Source of the DNA: Candidatus Micrarchaeota archaeon
GTDB lineage: Archaea; Micrarchaeota; Micrarchaeia; Micrarchaeales; Micrarchaeaceae
Assembly (NCBI GenBank): GCA_021789815.1
Contig: JAJYIZ010000001.1
Coordinates: 1 to 24,000 of the forward strand
Direction of reading: 5' to 3'
Length of the DNA stretch: 24,000 nucleotides
Under the pieces are notes generated by a model that did not search any database, was not told the DNA's origin, and saw nothing but the letters and a program-made list of their open reading frames with translations. Shown piece after piece: positions 1 through 7,695 of the stretch. How positions within the stretch are numbered: the first letter of the stretch is position 1; each line of letters starts with the position of its first letter. Made by a program: the position numbers and the translations under genes.

Positions 1-1
1 T

Positions 2-100
2 TTGCAGGACATATCAACAGCGGTTTACACGCTGCAGAACAAGACCTACGGCTTCTACTACATAACAGGCATAAGAAACTCGACCAACTCAACTGCGTGA
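2..100 (+). CDS. 3' end of a CDS that begins upstream of the window (hypothetical, sequon-rich C-terminus)
   Basis: The frame starting at nt 2 is open from the window edge to TGA at 98-100 (LQDISTAVYTLQNKTYGFYYITGIRNSTNSTA*). It contains three N-X-S/T sequons like the other surface proteins here. Its 3' end overlaps the convergent GT2 gene by 12 nt. It is too short for a reliable call. Confidence 0.3.
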   Translation: MQDISTAVYTLQNKTYGFYYITGIRNSTNSTA

Positions 101-772
101 ATTGAGGTTCTTGAATATAGTTCGCAGGGTTGCCGTTCCCATCTTCAGCGTGCGCATCTTTGGTTCCCCTCCAGCCCGCCTTTTCTCAAAGCTTGGCACC
201 TCGATGACCTTCAATCCGACTATTGCTGCGCGGGTGTGCATGTCCGGTTCTATCCCTTCCTTCAGCTCCGTGAGTTTGAGCCTTTTTATGGCATCTTTGG
301 TGAATGCCTTGTAGCCGTATGACATGTCGCTGAAGTGCGTGCCGTACAGCAGGTTTAGCAGTGCTACGAAGCTCTTGCCGCCAAACCTCCTCAACAAGGT
401 TATGTCATCGCTGCCGCCTCCGGTTATGAACCTTGAACCGGTGCACATGTCATAACCTGTTTCTATCCCTGCTATCAGCAGTTTTAGTTCCTGGGGCCTG
501 TTAGAGAGATCCGCGTCCATGGCGATAATCACCTTGCCCCTTGCTTTCTTGAAACCAGTCATGAGGGCGCCTCCCTTGCCCCTTGTGTCGTAAAAAACCC
601 TTGCCCCCACAGACCTCGCAATTCTGTCAGTTCCATCTGTAGAGTGTCCATCAACAACTATTATCTCGTAACTGTATCCTTTCATTACACCCCTTATTCC
701 GCGTACAAGGGGGCGTATGTTCGACGCCTCGTTCAGGGTGGGTATGACTATACTAACGTATTTACCTGGCAT
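89..772 (-). CDS. Family-2 glycosyltransferase, dolichyl-phosphate mannose/glucose synthase-like
   Basis: 227-aa ORF with an ATG start. It carries GT-A/GT2 hallmarks: 'VSIVIPTLNEASNI', 'YEIIVVDGHSTDGT' and 'AMDADLS' (DXD-like). No TM segment is present. Its start overlaps the stop of the upstream surface-protein gene by 11 nt. Confidence 0.8.
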   Translation of the reverse strand: MPGKYVSIVIPTLNEASNIRPLVRGIRGVMKGYSYEIIVVDGHSTDGTDRIARSVGARVFYDTRGKGGALMTGFKKARGKVIIAMDADLSNRPQELKLLIAGIETGYDMCTGSRFITGGGSDDITLLRRFGGKSFVALLNLLYGTHFSDMSYGYKAFTKDAIKRLKLTELKEGIEPDMHTRAAIVGLKVIEVPSFEKRRAGGEPKMRTLKMGTATLRTIFKNLNSRS

Positions 773-1571
773 TCCGATCGCGCTTTCTCCTCTTTTTTAC
801 TATAGAAAAAATGATTAGTCCAATTATTGCAATGATAACCGCCGTTCCCAGGAGATATGGAAAATAGGTTAGCTTGGACTGATTGTTTTGAGTTGATTCA
901 AAAGCTATTGTATACTGTCTTAGAGATGAGTAGTGCACGCCGTTCTGCGTATATGACTGCGTAGCTGCAGCAGAATATGATGCTCCAGTGAAACTTGGAT
1001 ATGATATTGTGAAGGCCGTGGTCGAGTTTCCCTCTGGCGAGAGGGAAACGATGCGGCTCTTGGGTTGCGATTGGAACTCCTCTGGCAGGAGCAACGAAAC
1101 GTTTGCATCTATCTGGCTCTGACCTATGTTAACCAAAGACACTCTTATCACGTTGCCAGTCCTGTTGACACTTGTTATCGTGACTCGGCTTGGAGAGCTA
1201 GATAGGAAGTCGAGCGTGCAGGGGAAGAGCGCGAAGAAGACATTCTGGTCCTGTGTATATTGCACTGTGAAGCTACCGGAATAGCTTCCAGGTGCAGAGA
1301 AATTATAGAAGTATATTTTCTCAGAAACGATTTGGTTCGGTGATATGGATGATAATGAAAGAATTGAATTGTAGGTGGTTGCTCCGGGAAACTTCGGGAC
1401 TATAAGGAGTCCGGTTGCAGTTTCGTTGCCAGAGTTGAACAAAGAGAAGTTTGCGTAGTTGGCCGTCGAGTTTATCACGCTGGTTGGGCAGCTGCCAGTG
1501 AGCGAGACCGTGCCTGCGGCGGACAGCCCAAGCGCCGACAATAACGCAAAAACAGCAAAAAGAGGCTTCAT
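762..1571 (-). CDS. Secreted, C-terminally membrane-anchored glycoprotein with two tandem Ig/CARDB-like repeats
   Basis: 269 aa. N-terminal signal peptide (MKPLFAVFALLSALGLSAAG). C-terminal TM helix (LLGTAVIIAIIGLIIFSIV) followed by a basic tail, KKRRKRDRNAR. An internal duplication is visible: 'ANFSLFNSGNETATGLLIV...SLSSISPNQ...FTVQYTQD' versus 'IRVSLVNIGQSQIDANVSLLL...VSLSPEGN...ATQSYTQN'. N-X-S/T sequons are numerous. Confidence 0.6.
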   Translation of the reverse strand: MKPLFAVFALLSALGLSAAGTVSLTGSCPTSVINSTANYANFSLFNSGNETATGLLIVPKFPGATTYNSILSLSSISPNQIVSEKIYFYNFSAPGSYSGSFTVQYTQDQNVFFALFPCTLDFLSSSPSRVTITSVNRTGNVIRVSLVNIGQSQIDANVSLLLPEEFQSQPKSRIVSLSPEGNSTTAFTISYPSFTGASYSAAATQSYTQNGVHYSSLRQYTIAFESTQNNQSKLTYFPYLLGTAVIIAIIGLIIFSIVKKRRKRDRNAR

Positions 1572-1642
1572 GCTAACACTTTATTTTCTGGTACCCGCAG
1601 ATTGTAAAGATATCTGCTGCTATCTATTTAAAGTGTTTCTTA

Positions 1643-1729
1643 TGCAGGGGGAGAGATTTGAACTCTCGCATCCACTAAAGGAAACGGGTCCTAAGCCCGT
1701 CGCATTTGGCCAGGCTCTGCCACCCCTGC
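1643..1729 (-). tRNA. tRNA-Leu (anticodon UAG), class II with long variable arm, no intron, CCA not encoded
   Basis: Folded by hand from the reverse complement. Acceptor stem GCAGGGG/CCCCTGC with discriminator A73. Anticodon stem ACGGG/CCCGT with loop CTTAGGA. 16-nt variable region. T-arm GAGAG-TTCAAAT-CTCTC. Total length 87 nt. Confidence 0.9.
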
Positions 1730-1738
1730 GCGATACGA

Positions 1739-1758
1739 ACTCTTTATAACTCTTTATA
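1739..1758. promoter_or_regulatory. Tandemly duplicated TATA-box module in the 49-bp divergent tRNA-Leu/serS promoter region
   Basis: A perfect tandem repeat of the 10-mer ACTCTTTATA occupies 1739-1748 and 1749-1758. The TTTATA(A) core is near-palindromic. The right copy lies about 26 bp upstream of the tRNA 5' end (1729). The copies lie about 25-35 bp upstream of the serS ATG (1779). Confidence 0.55.
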
Positions 1759-1778
1759 AAGGATTTATATAGAGTAGC

Positions 1779-3077
1779 ATGATTACGACGAAGTATGTTC
1801 GCGAGCACATAGAAGAGATACGCGAATCGATCAAAAAGAGGCGTAGCAATTATCCTATAGATGAGCTGCTCAAGCTCGATGAGGAATGGAGGAAGCTCAA
1901 GACCTCGCTGCAGGAAATGCAGGCGGAGAGGAATAGGGAGAGCGTGAAGATAGCAGAGCTTAAGAAGAAGGGAAAGAACGCGGACAAGAAGATAAATGGG
2001 CTGGCAGAGCTGAAGGCAAAGATAGAAGAATCAGAAGCGGACCTAAAAAGCAAAGAGGATAGGCTCGAGAAGCTGTTATGGAGCATTCCTAATGTTATCG
2101 ACAAATCCGTACCAGAGGGAGACCCTCCGGATGCTAACAAGATAATAAGGAAGTGGGGAGTGCCGAAGAAGGTGAGCATGGGTTCACACGAAGAGATACT
2201 TACAAAGATGGGACTACTTGATATAGAACGCGCAGCAAAGACTGCTGGCGCACGATTCTATTTCCTTAAGGGCGACCTTGCGCTCCTCGAGCAGTCGTTG
2301 CTTAGGTATGCGCTTGATTTCCTTACCTCAAAGGGCTACACTGCGGTGCTCCCGCCGTTCATGCTTCGAAAGAAATATTATAGAGGTGTGGCGCCCATTG
2401 CAACTTTCGAGGATGCGCTCTACGCCGTAGGCGAATCTAAAGAGGCAGCGGAAAGGAAAGGCATCGAGCACGTAGAGGATGAGCTTTACATGATTGCAAC
2501 AGCAGAGCACGCGCTTGCGGCGATGCACGCCGATGAGCTATTCTCGGGAAATCAGCTTCCTTTGAAGTATTGCGGAATAAGCCCGTGCTTCAGGAGGGAA
2601 GCCGGAGCCCACGGAAAGGACACAAAGGGCATATTTAGGGTACATCAATTCAACAAAGTTGAACAATTTGTCTATTGCAAGGAAGAAGACGAACAGAAGT
2701 ACTTCGATGAACTGCTATCGAACAGCGAGCAGATGTTCCAGGCGCTTGGCATTCCTTATAGGCTTGTGTTGCTGTGCAGCGGCGACACCGGGCACCAAAT
2801 GACAAAGACCGTTGACATAGAGGGATACTTCCCTGGCCAGGGCGATTATAGGGAGCTTGCGTCTTGCTCTTCTGCAGGCATCTGGCAATCGATGAGGCTA
2901 GATATAAAGTATGACCACAAGGCAGATAGGAAATACGTATTCATGCTGAACAACACTGGAATATCGGCTGAACGAATGCTTGTCTGCATAGTCGAGAACT
3001 ACGCGAACGATGATGGTACGATAACCGTGCCGAAGCCCCTTGTTCATTATATGGGCAAGAGCAAGATAGGGGAGTAG
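1779..3077 (+). CDS. serS: Seryl-tRNA synthetase
   Basis: 432 aa. It has the N-terminal coiled-coil tRNA-binding arm (KLKTSLQEMQAERN...KAKIEESEADLKSKEDRLEKLL). Class II core motifs are present: 'PCFRREAGAHGKDTKGIFRVHQFNKVE' and 'NNTGISAERMLVCIVENY'. Confidence 0.93.
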   Translation: MITTKYVREHIEEIRESIKKRRSNYPIDELLKLDEEWRKLKTSLQEMQAERNRESVKIAELKKKGKNADKKINGLAELKAKIEESEADLKSKEDRLEKLLWSIPNVIDKSVPEGDPPDANKIIRKWGVPKKVSMGSHEEILTKMGLLDIERAAKTAGARFYFLKGDLALLEQSLLRYALDFLTSKGYTAVLPPFMLRKKYYRGVAPIATFEDALYAVGESKEAAERKGIEHVEDELYMIATAEHALAAMHADELFSGNQLPLKYCGISPCFRREAGAHGKDTKGIFRVHQFNKVEQFVYCKEEDEQKYFDELLSNSEQMFQALGIPYRLVLLCSGDTGHQMTKTVDIEGYFPGQGDYRELASCSSAGIWQSMRLDIKYDHKADRKYVFMLNNTGISAERMLVCIVENYANDDGTITVPKPLVHYMGKSKIGE

Positions 3078-3094
3078 CCCTCTTTTGTGGTCTT

Positions 3095-4297
3095 ATGAAG
3101 CAAGAGTATAGCATAAAGAAGGAGCTGAAGAGGCTTGGATCCATTCGCGGATCCGGTACCGAGCTGATAAGCTTCTACGTGCCGCCTGACGCACAGATAT
3201 CCGATATGATAGGGACCCTTAGGGATGAGCACGGCCAATCGAGTAACATCAAATCGAAGACCACAAGGCTCAACGTCCAGACTGCGATAGAGAAGATAAT
3301 GCAGTACCTCAAGCTATACAGGAATCCTCCGAAGAACGGCGTAGCTGTCTTCTGCGGCAATATCTCAAACGTGCAGGCAAAGCCTAACATAGAACTTTTC
3401 TCGATAGAACCGCCGCAGCCGCTAAGGTCAAAGATCTACAGGTGCGATTCGCAGTTCCTTCTGGAACCCCTTCTAGAACAGATGGAAGCAACTGATCTCT
3501 ATGTTCTGCTGGTAATGGATGGACGTGATGCAACACTTGCGCTGCTGAAGGGAACTAACGTAACCGTTGAGAAGAAGATAAGGTCATTTGCCCATGCAAA
3601 GGTCAGGAAGGGAGGCCAGTCAGCGGCGAGGTACGAGCGTGCCATATCCGAAAGCATAAGCGACTACTACAAAAGCGTAGGGGATTCCGTCAACTCTGTG
3701 TTTGAAAAGTACGGGTTCAAGAACTTAGTCGGTCTTGTCGTCGGAGGGCCCGGACCCACAAAGGACAATTTCGTCAAGGCCAAGGTGCTAAATTATCAGA
3801 TAAAGGTGCTCGGTGTCTTCGACACCGGTTATACAGATGAGACGATGGGCGTGAGCGAACTGCTTGAGCGCTCAAAGGAGCTGCTCAAGGAGCAGGCCGC
3901 AGTCCAGGAGCGCCGTGTGATGGAACGTTTCCTGACAGAGGTCTCAAGAAACGGCCTTGCGGTATCAAAATATGATAATGTCAAGGCTGCTTTGCTCAAC
4001 AACAACGTTTCAAGGCTTATAGTGAGCGAGGATGCAGAGCTCGTTGAAGTTACATACAGGTGCACAACCTGCGGGGTGTCCTTCACAGCTGTTGAGGTTG
4101 GCAATTCGAGGCAGACAAGACATACGGAAGGAGGCACTCTGGAAGTGACAAAGGTTGCGGATGCTATAGAGGGCCTTGTAGAGACTGCGGACAACCTTGG
4201 TGTTGAGATTGTCTTTGTGTCGTCGAACAGCCAGTACGGCAAGGAGCTGCTCCTGGGTTTCGGAGGCGTGGCCGCGATGCTGAAGTACAAGGCTTGA
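3095..4297 (+). CDS. prf1: Peptide chain release factor subunit 1 (aRF1)
   Basis: 400 aa. NIKS motif (SSNIKSKTTR), YxCxxxF motif (IYRCDSQF) and GGQ motif (KVRKGGQSAARY) are all intact. It lies 17 nt downstream of serS and is probably co-transcribed. Confidence 0.93.
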   Translation: MKQEYSIKKELKRLGSIRGSGTELISFYVPPDAQISDMIGTLRDEHGQSSNIKSKTTRLNVQTAIEKIMQYLKLYRNPPKNGVAVFCGNISNVQAKPNIELFSIEPPQPLRSKIYRCDSQFLLEPLLEQMEATDLYVLLVMDGRDATLALLKGTNVTVEKKIRSFAHAKVRKGGQSAARYERAISESISDYYKSVGDSVNSVFEKYGFKNLVGLVVGGPGPTKDNFVKAKVLNYQIKVLGVFDTGYTDETMGVSELLERSKELLKEQAAVQERRVMERFLTEVSRNGLAVSKYDNVKAALLNNNVSRLIVSEDAELVEVTYRCTTCGVSFTAVEVGNSRQTRHTEGGTLEVTKVADAIEGLVETADNLGVEIVFVSSNSQYGKELLLGFGGVAAMLKYKA

Positions 4298-4333
4298 TCT
4301 CAGGCTTAGAGAAAGCATTTATATCTTAAAAGA

Positions 4334-4975
4334 ATGGGTCCTATTATGGATTACAACAAGCTCGTTGCTCTTCCTAGCAGTTGCCGGAGATTAGTAACGG
4401 AGTCGGCAAAGACAAAAGATGTCAAAGGTATCAAGACGCTCTTTGATAGGCTCTTCTATGGCAAACATGCGATCGTCAGATATAGCCTAGAATCTGTAGA
4501 GCGATTTATGCCAATAAAAATTCCAAAACAGGTATGGAAGGATAAACGCGGGCACTGTTTTGAGCTAAGTCTGTTCTGGATTGCCTGCTTGAAGGCACTA
4601 AAGATTGAATCGCAGTACTGCACTAAATTTTCGTGGTTGCAAGACGGTGTATTTTGGAATCACGCGTTCGTCAAGGCAAGAATCGACGGCAGGACCATAC
4701 TGATGGACCCTGGAAGGAGGATCTTTAGCGCACGTTTCAGAAAATATAGGGAGTTGAGCAAGAGGCAGACGATAGGCAATTATTACGCTAATTACGCAGA
4801 GATGCTGAATCCACTGCACTCGAAGAGCCAAAGAAAGGTTAGGCTGACAAAAACGCAGCAAAGGGAACTCGCCAGAAAGGCACTAAAATGCGCCTCGCTT
4901 GCTTTGAAATACGATCCAAAAGAGACGAGGGCGAAAAACCTGATTGAGACTTATAAAAGATTAAGTTATCTCTGA
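4334..4975 (+). CDS. Transglutaminase-like (papain-fold) putative cysteine protease with helical-repeat C-terminus
   Basis: A Cys-His-Asp arrangement typical of the transglutaminase-core superfamily is present: 'RGHCFELSLFWIACLKALKIES', 'WNHAFVKARIDGR', 'ILMDPG'. No signal peptide or TM segment. A TTTATAT box at 4318-4324 sits about 25 bp upstream of the second ATG (4346). The real start may therefore be 4346, on a leaderless mRNA. Confidence 0.6.
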   Translation: MGPIMDYNKLVALPSSCRRLVTESAKTKDVKGIKTLFDRLFYGKHAIVRYSLESVERFMPIKIPKQVWKDKRGHCFELSLFWIACLKALKIESQYCTKFSWLQDGVFWNHAFVKARIDGRTILMDPGRRIFSARFRKYRELSKRQTIGNYYANYAEMLNPLHSKSQRKVRLTKTQQRELARKALKCASLALKYDPKETRAKNLIETYKRLSYL

Positions 4976-5500
4976 GGCTACGCCGCACAGGCCAAGGTAC
5001 TGCTGGTTTCCAGAGACGTACAGTGCTGTAGGGGTTATGTGAGTGCTGTTTGCAGTGCTGTAGTTTACGAATATGCTTGGCTCATGCGCGCTTATGCTCA
5101 GGCAGTTGGATATGGAATTATACGTGTAATTCGATACAGTGCCGCTCACGCCATATTCGTATGTGCATGCTGTCCTGTTCAGCACGAAAAAGTCTATCGC
5201 GCTTGCGTTCCTGTGGTACGTAGGGTTGCCCACTATGCTCTCTATTATGGCTGTTGCACAACCTATCGCGGAGCTCCATTGTGTGCCGTTATTACCCTTT
5301 GCGTATATTGCTACTCTTTGGGCCGAGTTGAAGTTGCTCTTGAAGGTTGATATGTCTGTAGGTTTTGTGCTTTCAAGTCCGTAGACCAGTGCACCCGCTA
5401 TTATTATCACTATTATGGTTATGCCTATTACGGCGGTGTACTTCCTTTTTGATGAAGCGCGCTCTTTGTCGTCGATCTTCTGCTGTTTTGCTGGGATCAT
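4961..5500 (-). CDS. N-terminally membrane-anchored protein with a 4-Cys, sequon-rich ectodomain (hypothetical)
   Basis: 179 aa. A basic N-terminus is followed by one TM helix (AVIGITIIVIIIAGALVYGL) and an extracytoplasmic domain with 4 Cys and many N-X-S/T sequons. Its ATG overlaps the stop of the upstream 678-aa gene (ATGA), which suggests translational coupling. Confidence 0.6.
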   Translation of the reverse strand: MIPAKQQKIDDKERASSKRKYTAVIGITIIVIIIAGALVYGLESTKPTDISTFKSNFNSAQRVAIYAKGNNGTQWSSAIGCATAIIESIVGNPTYHRNASAIDFFVLNRTACTYEYGVSGTVSNYTYNSISNCLSISAHEPSIFVNYSTANSTHITPTALYVSGNQQYLGLCGVASEIT

Positions 5501-7533
5501 CCCACCTTTATTACTGTATTGAGATAGCAGCTTCTTCCGGATGCGTCAAAACCGGCTGCGTATAGCGCGTGGCCGTACATTCCTTTGTAGAGTATGTAGT
5601 CGGCTCCCTGGCCCAGCACTATTACTGGTGTGCCATTGCCCAGATAAGCGTCAAAGCAGCCTGCGGGTCCTCCTGATGTGCAGGTATAATTCTGCATCGT
5701 TATCGTGTGTACTGTCTTATGCGTGCTGTTGAGCGTAGCTTGCAGGGAAGATGCGCATTGCTGCAGGGATTGGTTCGCAGCGGCTGCTGTGCTGTTGAAT
5801 GCTATTACTGCATTGCTATGAGACGATAGTTGACCTAGGAAGCCATCTATAGGCAGGAACGTGTTGGCCTGAGCTGCGAATGTGTAATTGAGATATGATA
5901 TTATTCCACCTATTACCGCAAGAGCTATGAAAAGGAAGAGCCATGCCTGCCTGGCCTTCCTGTGCAGGTGAAGCCTTCTGCGCCTTCCGAGTCTATAGAA
6001 TGTAGTGAAATATATCACCACTATGATTACCGCTACGAAAAGTGCAGAGATAAGCAGCACGTAGAACGGTGCCGTGCCCTGCTTGCTCGGTATGGGTGCG
6101 TTCGATCCGGCGAGTATAGCAGAGACTACTCCACCATCGACAGCCTTAGTGAAGGATGCGAAGCTGTACGGGTGGTATGCCCCAAGCCCGGATTTAACTG
6201 AAGTCAGTTGCGCATATATCGATGAATAGGCTGATGAATTAATTGTGTTAGATAGCTGGACGTTTATGGACTGCTGCTGCGATGCAAGGACCGCAAGCGA
6301 TGAGGGTTCTGTCTGGAAGTCAAGCTCTCTCAATATTATCGTAGCAGTGTTGTTTGTTGATATTGCTTGTAGAGTGCTGTATTGCTGTGCTAGAGGTGTA
6401 TATATCGAAGACAGGTTGGCGAACTGCTGCTTGAGCGTTGTGTTGTAGGTGCTTGCGTTCTTCCTGTAGTTGTAGTCTACAAGCTGCGCATATGTTGCCT
6501 GCAGGCTCTTCAGGCTGCTGTTAAGATTTGGATTGTAGAACTGCGCAAGCAGCGCTGTTGCGTTCTTCGTCGTCGCGTTGTACTGGTTCGAATACAGGGT
6601 TATGAGCGCGGATATCTGGGAACGGTACTGCGGTGTAAGCAGCACAACATCGTATTGCACGGTGAGGTTTGCAAATGCATGGATCTTCGGGCTTGAGATA
6701 GGCTGCGCTAGTATGCCAGAGATCGTGGTCTGTATGCCCTTCAAGACGGTTGAATTGAAGCTTAGGCTGTAGCAGAACCCAAGTGAGTAGCAGTACCACG
6801 GACCTTGCCCAGTTACATACGAGCTGCATTTCGAGAAGTTGCTTGGCGGTATGCCAGGCGGCAGCGGGAAGAGCAGGTTCTTCGGCAACGTGGTTGCCAC
6901 TATGCTTATGTTGTTAGTGGCCCCTTGCATTGCCTGCAGTGATGTGTAAGCGTTTGTTGTGTTTATGCCGGCAAGGGATGAGAAGTACAGCCTGTAGCTA
7001 GCGTTCAGCAGCCTGTACTCAGACGACAGGTTTATTATCCCTGTATAGACAGAGGTGCCTACAGCGCTTGCAAGCTTCCTGCATATCGGTACGGTCTGGC
7101 AGGACTGGCAGCCGTTTGTGAGCGTGCACGTAGACCCGGACGTGAGCCCGGTCTCCTGCAGGCATGATGTAATGGGGGGCGCTGCTGTCCTCTCGTATGC
7201 GTTCATAGTGCTGTTCAGCTGCTGCAGTGTCTGATTGCTCGGGTAGAAGTGCACCACAGAGAAGGGGCTTAAGACAGCGTATGCTGTAGAATTGTCGAGC
7301 ACGAATGAGTACATGCCGTTTGTTGTGTTTATCAGTGCATAATTCCCTGACTTCAGATTGATTATGACGTACGTGAAGTTCCCTACAGATTGGTTGTAGA
7401 ACGTTGTTGTGTTTATCTCCGATTGCGAAAGGTACTTGCCCAAGAACGTGTAGAATTGCGCAGGGTATGCAGCGTGGACCTGTGTCCCTACAAGCATGAG
7501 CAGGAAAACTGACGTCAGAAGATAGGGCCGCAA
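5497..7533 (-). CDS. Large secreted, TM-hairpin-anchored glycoprotein (hypothetical; candidate S-layer-associated anchor)
   Basis: 678 aa with a TTG start. Signal peptide (LLTSVFLLMLVGTQVHAAY). An ectodomain of about 490 aa with Cys clusters and a Q/N/L/S-rich, probably helical stretch. Two TM helices flank a very basic loop (RLGRRRRLHLHRKARQ). A 4-Cys ectodomain of about 125 aa ends the protein. I count more than 20 sequons by eye. Confidence 0.6.
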   Translation of the reverse strand: MRPYLLTSVFLLMLVGTQVHAAYPAQFYTFLGKYLSQSEINTTTFYNQSVGNFTYVIINLKSGNYALINTTNGMYSFVLDNSTAYAVLSPFSVVHFYPSNQTLQQLNSTMNAYERTAAPPITSCLQETGLTSGSTCTLTNGCQSCQTVPICRKLASAVGTSVYTGIINLSSEYRLLNASYRLYFSSLAGINTTNAYTSLQAMQGATNNISIVATTLPKNLLFPLPPGIPPSNFSKCSSYVTGQGPWYCYSLGFCYSLSFNSTVLKGIQTTISGILAQPISSPKIHAFANLTVQYDVVLLTPQYRSQISALITLYSNQYNATTKNATALLAQFYNPNLNSSLKSLQATYAQLVDYNYRKNASTYNTTLKQQFANLSSIYTPLAQQYSTLQAISTNNTATIILRELDFQTEPSSLAVLASQQQSINVQLSNTINSSAYSSIYAQLTSVKSGLGAYHPYSFASFTKAVDGGVVSAILAGSNAPIPSKQGTAPFYVLLISALFVAVIIVVIYFTTFYRLGRRRRLHLHRKARQAWLFLFIALAVIGGIISYLNYTFAAQANTFLPIDGFLGQLSSHSNAVIAFNSTAAAANQSLQQCASSLQATLNSTHKTVHTITMQNYTCTSGGPAGCFDAYLGNGTPVIVLGQGADYILYKGMYGHALYAAGFDASGRSCYLNTVIKVG

Positions 7534-7562
7534 AGAATTACCAGTTTATTTTGTAAGGCAAT

Positions 7563-7572
7563 CTTTATAAAG
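7563..7572 (-). promoter_or_regulatory. Palindromic TATA box (CTTTATAAAG) for the 678-aa/179-aa operon
   Basis: Centred about 34 bp upstream of the TTG start at 7533. The same TCTTTATAAAG 11-mer occurs in the tRNA-Leu/serS promoter at 1751-1761. Confidence 0.5.
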
Positions 7573-7635
7573 ATGACGAGATATTTCGATTGTTTTTCCG
7601 AGAGCATTGCATATGCATGGCTCGCGCTAAAACAT

Positions 7636-7675
7636 TAAAAATAAAAAAGAAGGTTGGAAGGCAAAACGCCTTCCA
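7636..7675 (-). terminator. Hairpin plus oligo-T terminator downstream of the S-layer gene
   Basis: An 8-bp perfect stem TGGAAGGC (7655-7662) / GCCTTCCA (7668-7675) has a 5-nt loop. On the minus strand it is followed by CTTCTTTTTTATTTTTAATG. It begins 20 nt after the TAA stop at 7696-7698. Confidence 0.65.
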
Positions 7676-7695
7676 TTATCTGCGTGATTACTACT

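Noticed and set aside
1572-1778. The tRNA-Leu as a possible integration site for a mobile element carrying the surface-protein/GT2 genes.
   Set aside because: I could find no integrase, no duplicated tRNA 3' fragment (att-like repeat) and no compositional break by eye. The flanking genes are housekeeping (serS, prf1).
3095-4297. A possible stop-codon reassignment signalled by aRF1.
   Set aside because: The NIKS, YxCxxxF and GGQ motifs are canonical. TAA, TAG and TGA all terminate well-supported genes in this window (for example TAA for the S-layer gene, TAG for serS and aglB, TGA for prf1 and GT2).
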